In this document: piece by piece, positions 1 to 9,248 of the stretch
Layout of the letters: each line of letters starts with the position of its first letter
Numbering within the stretch: position 1 is the first letter of the stretch
NCBI GenBank assembly: GCA_051876355.1
Contig: JBJEHU010000006.1
Coordinates: forward strand, 94,742-158,741
Source of the DNA: Atopobiaceae bacterium
GTDB lineage: Bacteria > Actinomycetota > Coriobacteriia > Coriobacteriales > Atopobiaceae
DNA: 64,000 bases
Direction: 5' to 3'
The notes under the pieces: model-generated
Told to the model about the DNA's origin: nothing
The model's database searches: none
Seen by the model: the letters and a program-made list of their open reading frames with translations, nothing else
Translations under genes and position numbers: made by a program

Positions 1-911
1 GTGCCTTCGAGCTTCTTGTCGCGCAGGCGGCTTCCGCAGCGGGCGCTTGCAAGGTCGATGGCGGCAAGAAGGTCCTTCTCTGTCGTGAGGTCATGGGGAA
101 ACGTATGCTCGGCAGAGACCGACTTCGTCTCGCGCTTCTGCACGAAGGGACGCACGGCCGAATGCTCGCGTCCCTGAGCCCGGAGCTTGAGCTGCGGGCC
201 AAACTGTCCCAGAAGCGATGCCAGGTCCTCATCGTCTGCCTTGGCAAGGTCTCCCAATGTTCTCATGCCGAAGGACCGGAGCCTGCGCTCTGTGGCAGCT
301 CCTATGCCTGACATGCGCGAGAGCGGCAGGGGAGAAAGGAATCGCTGCTCGGTCCCCGGATAGACCGGCGTAAGGCCGCGGGGCTTGTTCGCCTCGGAGG
401 CAATCTTTGCGACGGTCTTCGACGTGCCGAGGCCTATGGAGCACGTGATGCCAAGCGCAGCCACACGCTCCTGGAGGCGGCGCGCGATGAGGACAGGATG
501 CTCGTTCGAGTAGCGGCCCGGCGTTATATCGAAGAAGGCCTCGTCGATCGACATCTGTTCGACAAGCGGCGTCTCGTCGAGGATGAGGGACATGACCTTG
601 TGGGAGAGCTCATGGTAGCGGTCAAAGTGGCCGCGCGTCCAGATGGCGCCGGGACAGAGCTTCTGGGCTGTGGCCGAAGGCATGGCGGAATGGACGCCGA
701 ATTTCCTCGCTTCGTAGGATGCGGTCGAGACGACGCCCCTGTCCTTCGGATCTCCGCCGACAATCACGGGCTTCCCACGCCAGGCAGGATGGTCGAGCTG
801 CTCGACGGATGCAAAGAAGGCATCGAGGTCGAGCAGCCCTATGGCAGGACCCTCCCACGGAGGGAGGGTCCCAAGCGTTTCAGAATCTGTTTCTGTGCGG
901 CCAGTGTCCAT
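1..911 (-). CDS. dinB: DNA polymerase IV (Y-family, DinB); 5' part only, C-terminus lies beyond the left window edge
   Basis: Absent from the ORF track because there is no stop inside the window. Manual minus-strand translation from ATG 911-909 gives MDTGRTETDS...IGLLDLDAFFASVEQLDHPAWRGKPVIVGG...STASYEARKFGVHSAMP...MSIDEAFFDIT...SIGLGTSKTVAKIASEANKPRGL. These are the canonical Y-family palm and finger motifs. Confidence 0.9.
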   Translation of the reverse strand, partial: MDTGRTETDSETLGTLPPWEGPAIGLLDLDAFFASVEQLDHPAWRGKPVIVGGDPKDRGVVSTASYEARKFGVHSAMPSATAQKLCPGAIWTRGHFDRYHELSHKVMSLILDETPLVEQMSIDEAFFDITPGRYSNEHPVLIARRLQERVAALGITCSIGLGTSKTVAKIASEANKPRGLTPVYPGTEQRFLSPLPLSRMSGIGAATERRLRSFGMRTLGDLAKADDEDLASLLGQFGPQLKLRAQGREHSAVRPFVQKRETKSVSAEHTFPHDLTTEKDLLAAIDLASARCGSRLRDKKLEG

Positions 912-912
912 A

Positions 913-2154
913 TCACCGAGTCTCGGGCAGACGAACCGTGAAGGTCGTTCCATGCTCCTTGTCGCTTGCGACCTCAATCGTACCACCATGCGTCTGGGCA
1001 ATGGACTGGGCGATGGCCAGGCCGAGGCCGAAGCCTCCGGTCTCGCGTGTACGTGCCTTGTCGGAGCGGTAGAAACGCTCGAACACGTGGGGAAGGTCCT
1101 CCGGGTCGATCGGCGTGCCGAGATTGTTGACAGAAAGGACGGCATGGCCGGATTCGTCCTTGAGGTTCAGCGTGACCGTCGTGCCCTTCGCGGCATACTT
1201 CGTCGCATTGTCCACGAGGATCTTCGCGAGGCGCTTCAGGGACTGCGCATCTCCCTTGACCTTGAGGTTCGGCTCGATCGTGCCCTCGAGCATGCAGCCA
1301 CGCTCGAATGCCATTGCATCGAACTCGAGGGCGACATTGTCCACGATATCTGAGAAGTCGAGCGTCTCCTGCGGCATCTTGTCCTTCGTCGCTGTCCCGT
1401 TCTCGTCTGCACGGGCAAGCGTCAGCAGGTCGTTCACGAGCGATGCCATCTGCTGTGCCTCATCTGCTGTGGAGTCGACCCAGCGGCGGGAATCCTCGGG
1501 GAGCTTCGGGTCGCTCTGGAGGATCTGGCTGTTCGCGAGGATGACGGCAAGCGGCGTCTTGAGCTCATGCGAAGCATCGGCGACGAAGCGCTTCTGCGAC
1601 TGCCAGGCTTCCTGCACCGGCTTCAGCATCCATTTCGTGAGATACCAGGTGATGAAGACAAGGGCGACCAGCGCGCTCGAGATGATGACGGCAGCAGAGA
1701 CGAGCTGGCGCGAGAACGTCTCGTCGAGGATCGAAGTCTCGACGAGCGCAATCGTCGTCGTGCCGTCAGAGTTGCTCGTGGATTCCCATTGGATGTGCTG
1801 GTCGGCGATGCGTCCCGAGGCCTGGCCGGAATCGAGGACCTTCGCGATCGTATCCTGCAGCTGGTCCTCGGAGAGCTGGGCAATCGTCGTCGTATAGCCC
1901 GTGATCGTGCCATCGCTCTCGACCCTGACTGCTGCCGTCAGCATGTTGGGGCGCGGGCTGTCCTTCCCGAGATCGACCTTCGAGGAGACAGAGGTGGAGT
2001 TCACTTCGCGCAGGACGTGCTCGAGGCTCTCCCGTACCATCTGCTGCTGGTTGCTGTAGGTCGAATAAAGGCTCATACCCATGACACCCACGAGTATGAG
2101 CCCTACGAGAAGAACCGTGACGATCACGAACTGCTTATGCAGTTTCTTGAGCAT
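913..2154 (-). CDS. Two-component sensor histidine kinase (2 TM, extracytoplasmic loop, HisKA + HATPase_c)
   Basis: 413-aa ORF. TM segments VIVTVLLVGLILVGVMGMSL and VSAAVIISSALVALVFITWYL. H-box ADASHELKTPLAV and G-box GGFGLGLAIAQSIAQTHGG. Starts 5 nt after the regulator stop. Confidence 0.9.
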   Translation of the reverse strand: MLKKLHKQFVIVTVLLVGLILVGVMGMSLYSTYSNQQQMVRESLEHVLREVNSTSVSSKVDLGKDSPRPNMLTAAVRVESDGTITGYTTTIAQLSEDQLQDTIAKVLDSGQASGRIADQHIQWESTSNSDGTTTIALVETSILDETFSRQLVSAAVIISSALVALVFITWYLTKWMLKPVQEAWQSQKRFVADASHELKTPLAVILANSQILQSDPKLPEDSRRWVDSTADEAQQMASLVNDLLTLARADENGTATKDKMPQETLDFSDIVDNVALEFDAMAFERGCMLEGTIEPNLKVKGDAQSLKRLAKILVDNATKYAAKGTTVTLNLKDESGHAVLSVNNLGTPIDPEDLPHVFERFYRSDKARTRETGGFGLGLAIAQSIAQTHGGTIEVASDKEHGTTFTVRLPETR

Positions 2155-2159
2155 CTATG

Positions 2160-2840
2160 CTACTCCTGATCGAACATCTCCAGACGATAGCCGAGCATGC
2201 GCAGGGTCGTGATCTGGACCTTCGAGTTGATGTGGTTGAGCTTCTTGCGAAGGAACGAGATGTAGGCTTCTGCGGAGTTCTCGGAAGCCTCGCCGTCCGT
2301 GCCCCAGACACGGGTCAGGAGGTCCTGCTTGGAGACGACGCGCTGTGTGGAGCTCATGAGGAGCTTCAGCACCTCGAACTCCTTGCCGGAGAGGTGGACG
2401 GACTTCGTGCCGCAGGAGAGATCGTGCGTGTTGAGGTCGAGCGTGAGGTCGCCGAAGTTTGCCTCGTCGAGCATCACGGCGCCCTGGCGGCGGCCAAGGG
2501 CACGGACACGGGCCAGGAACTCTGCGGACTCGAACGGCTTCGTCAGATAGTCGTCAGCGCCGGCATCGAGGCCCTCGACCTTGTCTTCCGTGGACGTGCG
2601 CGCCGTCAGCATGAGGACCGGCGTGGAGTTCTTTTCATGGCGGAGATTGCGGAGAAGCTCGATGCCGTCCATGCCGGGAAGCATGCGGTCGAGCACGATG
2701 AGGTCATACAGGCCGCTCTCTGCATAGGTGAGGCCGCTCTGCCCGTCATACGTTGCCTCGGCATTGTAGCCGGCATCCGTCAGTATGCGGACGATTGCAT
2801 CGGCGAGCTTGCGCTCGTCTTCTATTACCAGTACATTCAT
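2160..2840 (-). CDS. OmpR-family response regulator
   Basis: Receiver motifs (VLVIEDE, DLIVLDRMLPGMDG, KPF) plus a winged-helix C-terminus (LGYRL). The track ORF extends to 2861. ATG at 2840 is preceded by GGAAGGAA at good spacing and gives the usual MNVLVIEDE N-terminus. Confidence 0.9.
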   Translation of the reverse strand: MNVLVIEDERKLADAIVRILTDAGYNAEATYDGQSGLTYAESGLYDLIVLDRMLPGMDGIELLRNLRHEKNSTPVLMLTARTSTEDKVEGLDAGADDYLTKPFESAEFLARVRALGRRQGAVMLDEANFGDLTLDLNTHDLSCGTKSVHLSGKEFEVLKLLMSSTQRVVSKQDLLTRVWGTDGEASENSAEAYISFLRKKLNHINSKVQITTLRMLGYRLEMFDQE

Positions 2841-2999
2841 GAGGCCATTCCTTCCTGCCATGAGAGCAAGGCCATACGCTGTGGAACTTGTCGCGTATCG
2901 TACGTGGCCGAGCTTAAGCTACTCTTAACATCTTCCCCTCAGACGTCTGAAAGCGCGGAATCGCCGCAAAGTCGCTGGCTGCTCCACAAAAACTGCACC

Positions 3000-3027
3000 T
3001 TGCAAGCTCGGTACAGAGTCGTACAAT
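3000..3027 (+). promoter_or_regulatory. Candidate sigma-70-type promoter for the rpsP operon (TTGCAA-16 nt-TACAAT)
   Basis: TTGCAA at 3000-3005 and TACAAT at 3022-3027, about 80 nt upstream of the rpsP start. Sequence match only. Confidence 0.35.
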
Positions 3028-3106
3028 TTACAGATGCTGTATAGAGCCAATGCGGCCCATCATCCCTACATTCATCAGAGGGCCGCGCGTCTAGAGGAGT
3101 TTTGCC

Positions 3107-3415
3107 TTGGCAGTTAAGATTCGCCTGGCCCGCCATGGTGCCAAGAAGCGTCCGTACTATCGTGTTGTCGTCGCTGACGGCCGCAGCCCGCGCGATGGCC
3201 GCCTGATCGAGGAGGTCGGCCGCTACAACCCGCTGACCAACCCGAAGACCATCGAGCTCGACCTCGAGAAGGTCGACGCCTGGATCGCCAAGGGCGCCCA
3301 GCCCTCCAGCGCTGTGTCCCACCTCATCGACATCGTGCGCACCGGCGCTCCTGCACCCGAGAAGAAGGCAAAGCTTTCGAAGAAGGCTGCTGCTAAGGCT
3401 GCAAAGGCTGAGTAG
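3107..3415 (+). CDS. rpsP: 30S ribosomal protein S16
   Basis: [43 protein letters not shown] is the classic S16 N-terminus. TTG start and a K/A-rich tail. Confidence 0.95.
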   Translation: MAVKIRLARHGAKKRPYYRVVVADGRSPRDGRLIEEVGRYNPLTNPKTIELDLEKVDAWIAKGAQPSSAVSHLIDIVRTGAPAPEKKAKLSKKAAAKAAKAE

Positions 3416-3419
3416 TCGC

Positions 3420-3716
3420 ATGGCTGAGGAAATCGATCAGACCACGGACGAGACCGAGGCCGACGTCGAGATGCCCTCAGACAAGGTCGCGGACCTGGTT
3501 GAGTATATCGTCTGCGGTCTCGTGGACGATCAGGATGCTGTCTCCCTCGATGTGACGGATTCCGAGAATGGAACGCTCATCGAGGTCAGCTGCGCTGCTG
3601 CCGATGCCGGCCGCGTCATTGGCCGCAAGGGCCGTACCATCAAGGCCATCCGCACGCTTTCCCGTGCACTCGGACAGCGTGTCGGCACGTCGGTAGAGGT
3701 AGAGGTGTTGGGCTAG
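3420..3716 (+). CDS. KH-domain RNA-binding protein (YlqC-like)
   Basis: KH GxxG loop GRVIGRKGRTIKAIRTL. Sits in the conserved slot between rpsP and rimM. Confidence 0.85.
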   Translation: MAEEIDQTTDETEADVEMPSDKVADLVEYIVCGLVDDQDAVSLDVTDSENGTLIEVSCAAADAGRVIGRKGRTIKAIRTLSRALGQRVGTSVEVEVLG

Positions 3717-3719
3717 GGC

Positions 3720-4241
3720 ATGCCCGATTATCGCGTGATAGCCCGTGTCGCAAAGGCGCACGGGAAAAAGGGGGAGGTCGTGACGGTTCCCGTCCACGGC
3801 CTTCCCTCTCTTATGCATGAAGGGCTTTCTGTCTGTGTCGTGCCGCCCAGGCTCAAGGGGCCACGCTGGCACAGGGTGCTTTCCTGCACCTCGGACGGAC
3901 GCGGACAGCGCATAGCCCTGGATGGGGTCGCAGACCTCGGAGCTGCAGAGGCCTTGGTAGGCCGCTCGCTCCTCGTGTCTGTCGAAGACCTTCCTGATGA
4001 CTTCGCCTATATGGACCTCGATCGCCTGATAGGAAGGCATGTCGAAGATCCGGCATATGGAGATCTCGGCGAGATCGAGGAGATCCTCCAGGGTCCCGCA
4101 AACGATGTCTGGGTCATTCGGGGCAGCGAGGCAGGAGAGATCCTTCTGCCTGTCATAGATGCCGTCGTGCCTTCGATTCCGTCGGCTGGCAGCATCGAGG
4201 TGCATGTGCCGAAAGGCACGATACCCGAGGAGGGGGACTAG
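3720..4241 (+). CDS. rimM: 16S rRNA processing protein RimM
   Basis: N-terminus IARVAKAHGKKGEV, size of 173 aa, and the conserved position upstream of trmD. Confidence 0.9.
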   Translation: MPDYRVIARVAKAHGKKGEVVTVPVHGLPSLMHEGLSVCVVPPRLKGPRWHRVLSCTSDGRGQRIALDGVADLGAAEALVGRSLLVSVEDLPDDFAYMDLDRLIGRHVEDPAYGDLGEIEEILQGPANDVWVIRGSEAGEILLPVIDAVVPSIPSAGSIEVHVPKGTIPEEGD

Positions 4242-4991
4242 GTGCTCTTCGAAGCGATATCCGTCATCCCCGAAGTGTTCGAGCCCTATGTCGCAGCCTC
4301 CATCCTGGGACGTGCCCGCAGGAAGGGCGTCTTCGATTTTGCTGCATACGATCTGAGGACCTGGACGCATGATAGGCACCGCACGGTCGACGATGCGCCT
4401 TTCGGAGGCGGACAGGGCATGCTCATGAAGCCCCAGCCCATCTTCGAAGCAGTGCATGCCGTATCGGATATGCATGAGGAGAAGCCCTATACGATCTTCT
4501 TTTCGCCCTGCGGAGAGACGCTCTCGGAAAAGACGGCCCAGGAGCTCTCGGAAAAGGACCGCATCCTCTTTGTGTGCGGCCGCTACGAGGGCATGGACGA
4601 GCGCTGCTATACGCTTGCGGACAAGGTGCTTTCCATCGGAGACTATGTGCTCACCGGAGGAGAGCTTGCCTCTCTAGTCGTCATGGATGCGGTCGTGAGG
4701 CTTCTGCCGGGAGCGCTCGGAGACGAGAAGAGCGCGCTCGACGAGTCATTCTCCGACGGCCTGCTCGAATATGCACAATACACGCGTCCTGCCTCGTTCG
4801 AAGGCATGGATGTACCTGAAGTGCTGCTTTCCGGAGACCATGGAAAGGTCGATGCCTGGAGAAGGAGAAGCTCGCTTGAGCGTACGGCTGCCTGGCGGCC
4901 AGACCTTCTCGAGGGGGCAGACCTTTCGCCGGAAGAGCAGCGCATCGTAGAAGAAGCGAGAGAGGAGCGAGATGGCAGCACGCCATGCTGA
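4242..4991 (+). CDS. trmD: tRNA (guanine37-N1)-methyltransferase
   Basis: DDAPFGGGQGMLMKPQPI and CGRYEGMDER motifs. GTG start directly after the rimM stop. Confidence 0.95.
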   Translation: MLFEAISVIPEVFEPYVAASILGRARRKGVFDFAAYDLRTWTHDRHRTVDDAPFGGGQGMLMKPQPIFEAVHAVSDMHEEKPYTIFFSPCGETLSEKTAQELSEKDRILFVCGRYEGMDERCYTLADKVLSIGDYVLTGGELASLVVMDAVVRLLPGALGDEKSALDESFSDGLLEYAQYTRPASFEGMDVPEVLLSGDHGKVDAWRRRSSLERTAAWRPDLLEGADLSPEEQRIVEEAREERDGSTPC

Positions 4992-5547
4992 TACGGGCGA
5001 AGATGCCCCGAAACACAACGAATTCCTCGAATGGATCCTCGTCATTGCGATAGCGATCGGCTGCGCTCTGGCATTCCGCACATTCGTCGCGGAGGTCTAT
5101 GAAGTGCCATCGGGCTCGATGCTCGATACGATCCAGATAGGAGATCGGCTTGTCGGCGAGAAGGTCTCGTACCACTTCACGTCGCCGAAGCAGGGCGACA
5201 TCGTCACGTTCATCGATCCTGAAGACCACACGACGACGCTCATCAAGCGCGTGATCGCCACAGCGGGACAGACCGTCGAATTCAAGGACGGCATCGTCTA
5301 CGTCGACGGCGAGGCGCTCGACGAGCCCTATACGGAAGGCAAGCCGACCGAGCCGCTCTCGATGCAGGCTGCGAGCGTTGGCTCCATAGAGTACCCTTAT
5401 ACCGTACCGGATGGCTGCGTCTGGGTGATGGGGGACAACAGGACCAATTCGCTCGATTCCCGCTATTTCGGTCCCATCGAGGTCAGCTCCATCACCTCGC
5501 ATGGGCTGTTCATCTTCTGGCCGCTATCGGATGCCGGCTCTCTGTAG
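4972..5547 (+). CDS. lepB: Signal peptidase I
   Basis: N-terminal TM, Ser box [15 protein letters not shown], Lys box IKRVIA and [11 protein letters not shown]. Overlaps the trmD 3' end by 20 nt. Confidence 0.85.
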   Translation: MAARHADTGEDAPKHNEFLEWILVIAIAIGCALAFRTFVAEVYEVPSGSMLDTIQIGDRLVGEKVSYHFTSPKQGDIVTFIDPEDHTTTLIKRVIATAGQTVEFKDGIVYVDGEALDEPYTEGKPTEPLSMQAASVGSIEYPYTVPDGCVWVMGDNRTNSLDSRYFGPIEVSSITSHGLFIFWPLSDAGSL

Positions 5548-5578
5548 CAGGCACGCATACACACGAAGGAGATATGTC

Positions 5579-6484
5579 ATGGGCACCTCTGCGCTCACAT
5601 TCCAGGACATGATCCTGGCGCTCGAGCATTACTGGGCAGACAAGGGCTGCACTGTCATGCAGCCGTATGACTCCGAGGTAGGCGCTGGCACGTTCCACAC
5701 GGCAACGCTTCTGCGCTCGCTCGGTCCCGACGCCTGGAGGACCTGCTACCCGCAGCCCTGCCGCCGTCCTGCCGATGGCCGCTACGGCGACAACCCGAAC
5801 CGCATGCAGCACTACTACCAGTTCCAGGTCGTGCTGAAGCCCTGCCCCGAGGATTCGCAGGACCTCTACCTCGGCTCCCTTGCCGCCATCGGCCTCGATC
5901 CTGCGGAGCACGATGTGCGCTTCGTCGAGGATGACTGGGAGAGCCCGACGCTCGGCGCCTGGGGCCTTGGCTGGGAAGTCTGGATGGACGGCATGGAGGT
6001 CACGCAGTACACGTACTTTCAGCAGGTCGGCGGCATCGAGGTCGACCCGGTCCCCGTCGAGATCACGTACGGCCTCGAGCGCATCGCCATGTATGCGCAG
6101 GGCAAGAACTCCGTCTACGACATCGTCTGGAGCTACCTGCCGGATGGCACGCCGATGACGTACGGCGACGTGTTCCACGAGAACGAGGTCGAGTTCTCGG
6201 CCTACAACTTCGAGGTCGCCAACGTCGACATGATGAGGAACAAGTTCGATGACTACGAGCAGGAGTGCCACTCCTGCCTCGAGCGCGAGCTGCCGCTTCC
6301 TGCCTATGACTGCGTCATGAAGTGCTCCCATGCCTTCAACCTCCTCGATTCGCGCGGCGCCATCTCTGCGACGGAGCGCGCGAACTACATCCTGCGTGTC
6401 CGTACGCTCGCAAAGCTCTGCTGCGAGTCCTATCTCGAGCACGTGGCCAACCGGAACAAGGCACAGGAAGGCGAGGTGGCCTAG
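5579..6484 (+). CDS. glyQ: Glycine--tRNA ligase alpha subunit
   Basis: [34 protein letters not shown] and [12 protein letters not shown]. The start was moved from track position 5501 to ATG 5579, which has a GAAGGAG RBS. Confidence 0.95.
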   Translation: MGTSALTFQDMILALEHYWADKGCTVMQPYDSEVGAGTFHTATLLRSLGPDAWRTCYPQPCRRPADGRYGDNPNRMQHYYQFQVVLKPCPEDSQDLYLGSLAAIGLDPAEHDVRFVEDDWESPTLGAWGLGWEVWMDGMEVTQYTYFQQVGGIEVDPVPVEITYGLERIAMYAQGKNSVYDIVWSYLPDGTPMTYGDVFHENEVEFSAYNFEVANVDMMRNKFDDYEQECHSCLERELPLPAYDCVMKCSHAFNLLDSRGAISATERANYILRVRTLAKLCCESYLEHVANRNKAQEGEVA

Positions 6485-8581
6485 ATGGCCGAAACGAAGG
6501 ACTTTCTGCTGGAGATCGGCACGGAAGAGATGCCGAGCGCTCCGCTCATGAATGCACAGAAGCAGCTCGGGACGCTCGTCTCGAAGAGGCTTGACGCCGA
6601 GGGGCTCTCCCACGGCGCGGTCACGACGTTCTCGACGCCGAGGCGCCTGACCGTCATGGTCAAGGATGTCGCAACGGCGACCGAAGAGGTCCATGAGATC
6701 AAGCGCGGCCCGAATGCCGCCATCGCCTTCGACAAGGATGGCAAGCCCTCGAAGGCAGCCCAGGGCTTCGCGCGCAAGTTCGGCCTCGCAGCAGAGGACC
6801 TCGCTGTGCGCGAGGACAAGGACGGAAAGACCTATGTCTGGGCCGAGAAGTCCGTGCCGTCCCGTGCTGCAGAGGGCATCCTCTCGTCCCTTGGCCATGA
6901 CACGATTGCCGGCCTCGAGTGGCCGAACTACCGCAGCCAGCGATGGGGATCCGAGCATGAGACGTTCGTGCGCCCGATCCGCTGGATCGTGGCACTGCTC
7001 GGCGACGAGATCGTGCCGGTTACCTATGCCGGCGTCACGAGCGGCAACAAGACGCGCGGACACCGCGTGCTCGGTCCAGGCGAGCATGTCGTGGCAACGC
7101 CTGCCGACTATGAGAGCGTCCTTGAGAAGGCTGGCGTCCTCGGCGAGAAGAGGCGCCGCGAGGTCATCCTCGAGGGCGTCCGCAAGGTCGAGGAGGAGCG
7201 CGGCGGCGCCCATGTGGACATGCCGAAGCGCACGTTCGACGAGGTCGTGAACCTCTGCGAATGGCCGACGGTGCTTGTCGGCAAGTTCGATGAGGAGTTC
7301 CTCAAGGTCCCGCATGAGATCATCTGCGAGTCAATGCTCACGAACCAGCGCTACTTCCCGATCTACAACAAGGATGGGGAGCTCACGCGAGAGTTCGTCG
7401 TCGTCTCGAATGCCGATCCGAAGGTCTCGAAGACCGTCGTCGACGGCAATGAGCGTGTCGTGCGTGCCCGTCTCGACGATGCGAAGTTCTTCTACGAGGA
7501 GGACCTGAAGCATCCGCTCGAGTACTACGTCGACAAGCTCGACAAGGTCGTGTTCCAGGAGAAGCTCGGCACGGTCCTCGAGAAGACGAAGCGCATGGTG
7601 AAGGTCGCAGGCGCTGTGGCGCGCGAGGCTGGTGCCACGGACGAGCAGACGAAGAATGCCGAGCGTGCAGCCTACCTGGCAAAGGCAGACCTCGTGACGC
7701 AGGCTGTCGTCGAGTTCACGAGCCAGCAGGGCGTCATGGGCGGCTACTATGCGAAGGCCTCCGGCGAGCCCGACGAGGTGGCAGAGGCCATCCGCGAGCA
7801 GTACCGTCCGCGCTTCGCAGGCGACGAGATTCCTTCCGGCCTGGTGGGCCGCTGCGTCGCTATCGCAGACAAGCTCGATACCGTGTGCGGCATGTTCGCG
7901 ATTGATGAGCCGCCAACAGGATCTTCCGACCCGTTCGCGCTGCGCAGGAGCGCCATCGGCATCATCGCGATGCTCCGCACGATGCCTTCGGTCTCGCTTT
8001 CCGCCATCATCAGGGCATCGCTTGCTGCCTACGCAGAGCAGGGGCTCGAGTTCGATGCCGAGAAGGTCGCCGAGGCGGTCGAGCAGTTCTTCGCTGGACG
8101 CCTTGCCGCCATCGCGAAGGACGAGGGCATCGCTCCCGATACGATCGAGGCTGTCTCTGCTGTCGGCGTCATCGACCCGGACGAGTTCCTGAAGCGTGCG
8201 CATGCCCTCGACGAGGCCCGCACGGGCGAGCCTGAGCTCTTCGAGGACCTTGCCATTGCCTACGCACGTGCGTCGCATCTGGCCGATGCCTCGCTCGGCG
8301 AGGATGTGGACGAGTCCATCCTCACTGACCCCGAGAAGGGCCTGCTTTCCGCCTGCAGGGACGGCAGGGCAGAGGTTGCGTCCGCTCTTGCGGCAAAGGA
8401 CTACGCAGGGGCGCTCTCGGCGCTCGCAAAGCTCCGCGAGCCGATCGATGCGTTCTTCGACGACGTCCTTGTCATGGATCCGGACGAGGCCATCAAGAAC
8501 AACCATCTGAAGCTTCTGAACAAATTTGCGCAGACATTTGCCGATGTTGCCGATATCGGCTGCCTTTCGCGAAAGAAGTAG
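6485..8581 (+). CDS. glyS: Glycine--tRNA ligase beta subunit
   Basis: 698 aa, starting immediately after glyQ. FSTPRRL, QRYFP and the C-terminal anticodon-binding region are typical of GlyS. Confidence 0.95.
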   Translation: MAETKDFLLEIGTEEMPSAPLMNAQKQLGTLVSKRLDAEGLSHGAVTTFSTPRRLTVMVKDVATATEEVHEIKRGPNAAIAFDKDGKPSKAAQGFARKFGLAAEDLAVREDKDGKTYVWAEKSVPSRAAEGILSSLGHDTIAGLEWPNYRSQRWGSEHETFVRPIRWIVALLGDEIVPVTYAGVTSGNKTRGHRVLGPGEHVVATPADYESVLEKAGVLGEKRRREVILEGVRKVEEERGGAHVDMPKRTFDEVVNLCEWPTVLVGKFDEEFLKVPHEIICESMLTNQRYFPIYNKDGELTREFVVVSNADPKVSKTVVDGNERVVRARLDDAKFFYEEDLKHPLEYYVDKLDKVVFQEKLGTVLEKTKRMVKVAGAVAREAGATDEQTKNAERAAYLAKADLVTQAVVEFTSQQGVMGGYYAKASGEPDEVAEAIREQYRPRFAGDEIPSGLVGRCVAIADKLDTVCGMFAIDEPPTGSSDPFALRRSAIGIIAMLRTMPSVSLSAIIRASLAAYAEQGLEFDAEKVAEAVEQFFAGRLAAIAKDEGIAPDTIEAVSAVGVIDPDEFLKRAHALDEARTGEPELFEDLAIAYARASHLADASLGEDVDESILTDPEKGLLSACRDGRAEVASALAAKDYAGALSALAKLREPIDAFFDDVLVMDPDEAIKNNHLKLLNKFAQTFADVADIGCLSRKK

Positions 8582-8589
8582 GGCATTTC

Positions 8590-8622
8590 GGCGGCTTCGC
8601 CATTGCGGAGCCGCCTTGTTTA
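8590..8622 (+). terminator. Possible intrinsic terminator after glyS
   Basis: GGCGGCTTC / GGAGCCGCC stem (one G-U pair), 8-nt loop, then TTGTTTATC. Confidence 0.4.
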
Positions 8623-8672
8623 TCTATGCTAGCTTTGCACGTATTCGTTCGAAATCGAAGGAGGAATCGGGC

Positions 8673-9053
8673 ATGGATACACTGGAGCTCGATTACCAGC
8701 CCCCCAAGGCCAAGGTCCTTGTTATCTCTGACTCTCTCGGCACGACGGCTTCTGCAGTGGTCGATGCTGCCGAAGCGCAGTTCGACAAGGATCTCGTGGA
8801 TGTCGTCCGCCTCACCAGGGTCCGCACGATCGAAGAGGTCGAGAAGTTCCTGGACGAGCAGATGGAATCCGACCGTCCGATGGCAGTGTTCCACACGATC
8901 GGCACTTCGGCACTGCGCCGCGAAGTCCGCGATGCCTGCGAGTCGAGGGGCATCCCTTCGATCGACCTCATGGGCCCGGCCATCACGGTGCTGTCCGGCC
9001 TCACGGGAGTCGAGCCGTCCGAGGAGGTCGGCGCTCTGCGCAACCGTCAGTAG
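8673..9053 (+). CDS. Pyruvate,phosphate dikinase regulatory protein (PDRP/DUF299), N-terminal domain only; truncated, possibly a gene remnant
   Basis: 126 aa. VLVISDSLGTTASAVVDAAEAQF and PMAVFHTIGTSALRREV...IPSIDLMGPAI align to the N-terminal half of PpsR/PDRP. The ORF stops where the P-loop C-terminal domain should begin. GAAGGAGG RBS before ATG 8673. Confidence 0.75.
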   Translation: MDTLELDYQPPKAKVLVISDSLGTTASAVVDAAEAQFDKDLVDVVRLTRVRTIEEVEKFLDEQMESDRPMAVFHTIGTSALRREVRDACESRGIPSIDLMGPAITVLSGLTGVEPSEEVGALRNRQ

Positions 9054-9248
9054 CTGGGTATTTGCATGCCAGTTGCATAAACCGTTATAAAAATCAAGGT
9101 TTAATCCGTTAACGGCTAAATCTCCATTCTGGCATAGCAGCATACCGTGCTTGGATATAATCCATTCGTGATCAGTGGATGCCTGCCTCGGGTAACTGCG
9201 GCAGGCATCTTATTGACAAACGGCAAGTTCAAGTTGTTAAGGAGTGCT
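9054..9248 (+). promoter_or_regulatory. AT-rich ppdK upstream region with promoter-like and operator-like elements
   Basis: Tandem TTGCAT boxes at 9062-9067 and 9073-9078. Perfect 10-bp palindrome CCGTTAACGG at 9106-9115. TATAAT at 9156-9161. Perfect 10-bp-stem hairpin GATGCCTGCC/GGCAGGCATC at 9178-9209. TTGACA at 9213-9218. AAGGAG RBS at 9238-9243. Confidence 0.35.

Noticed and set aside
932-950. CGAAC...GTTC in the kinase 3' end, as a possible LexA (Cheo/SOS) box for dinB.
   Set aside because: The half-sites are separated by 10 nt rather than 4, so it does not fit the GAAC-N4-GTTC consensus.
5548-5578. Looked for a T-box or other riboswitch leader ahead of glyQ, and ahead of proS at 25968-26128.
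   Set aside because: The glyQ gap is only 31 nt. The proS gap holds a terminator hairpin and a TAGAAT box, but I saw no T-box core (no GGTGGTACCGCG-like element) and no specifier-loop architecture. A covariance-model scan would settle it.
9076-9092. cre-like (CcpA) site around ATAAACCGTTATAA in the ppdK upstream spacer.
   Set aside because: Both TG/CA ends of the TGNAANCGNTNNCA consensus are mismatched. It is reported only as part of the generic AT-rich regulatory region.
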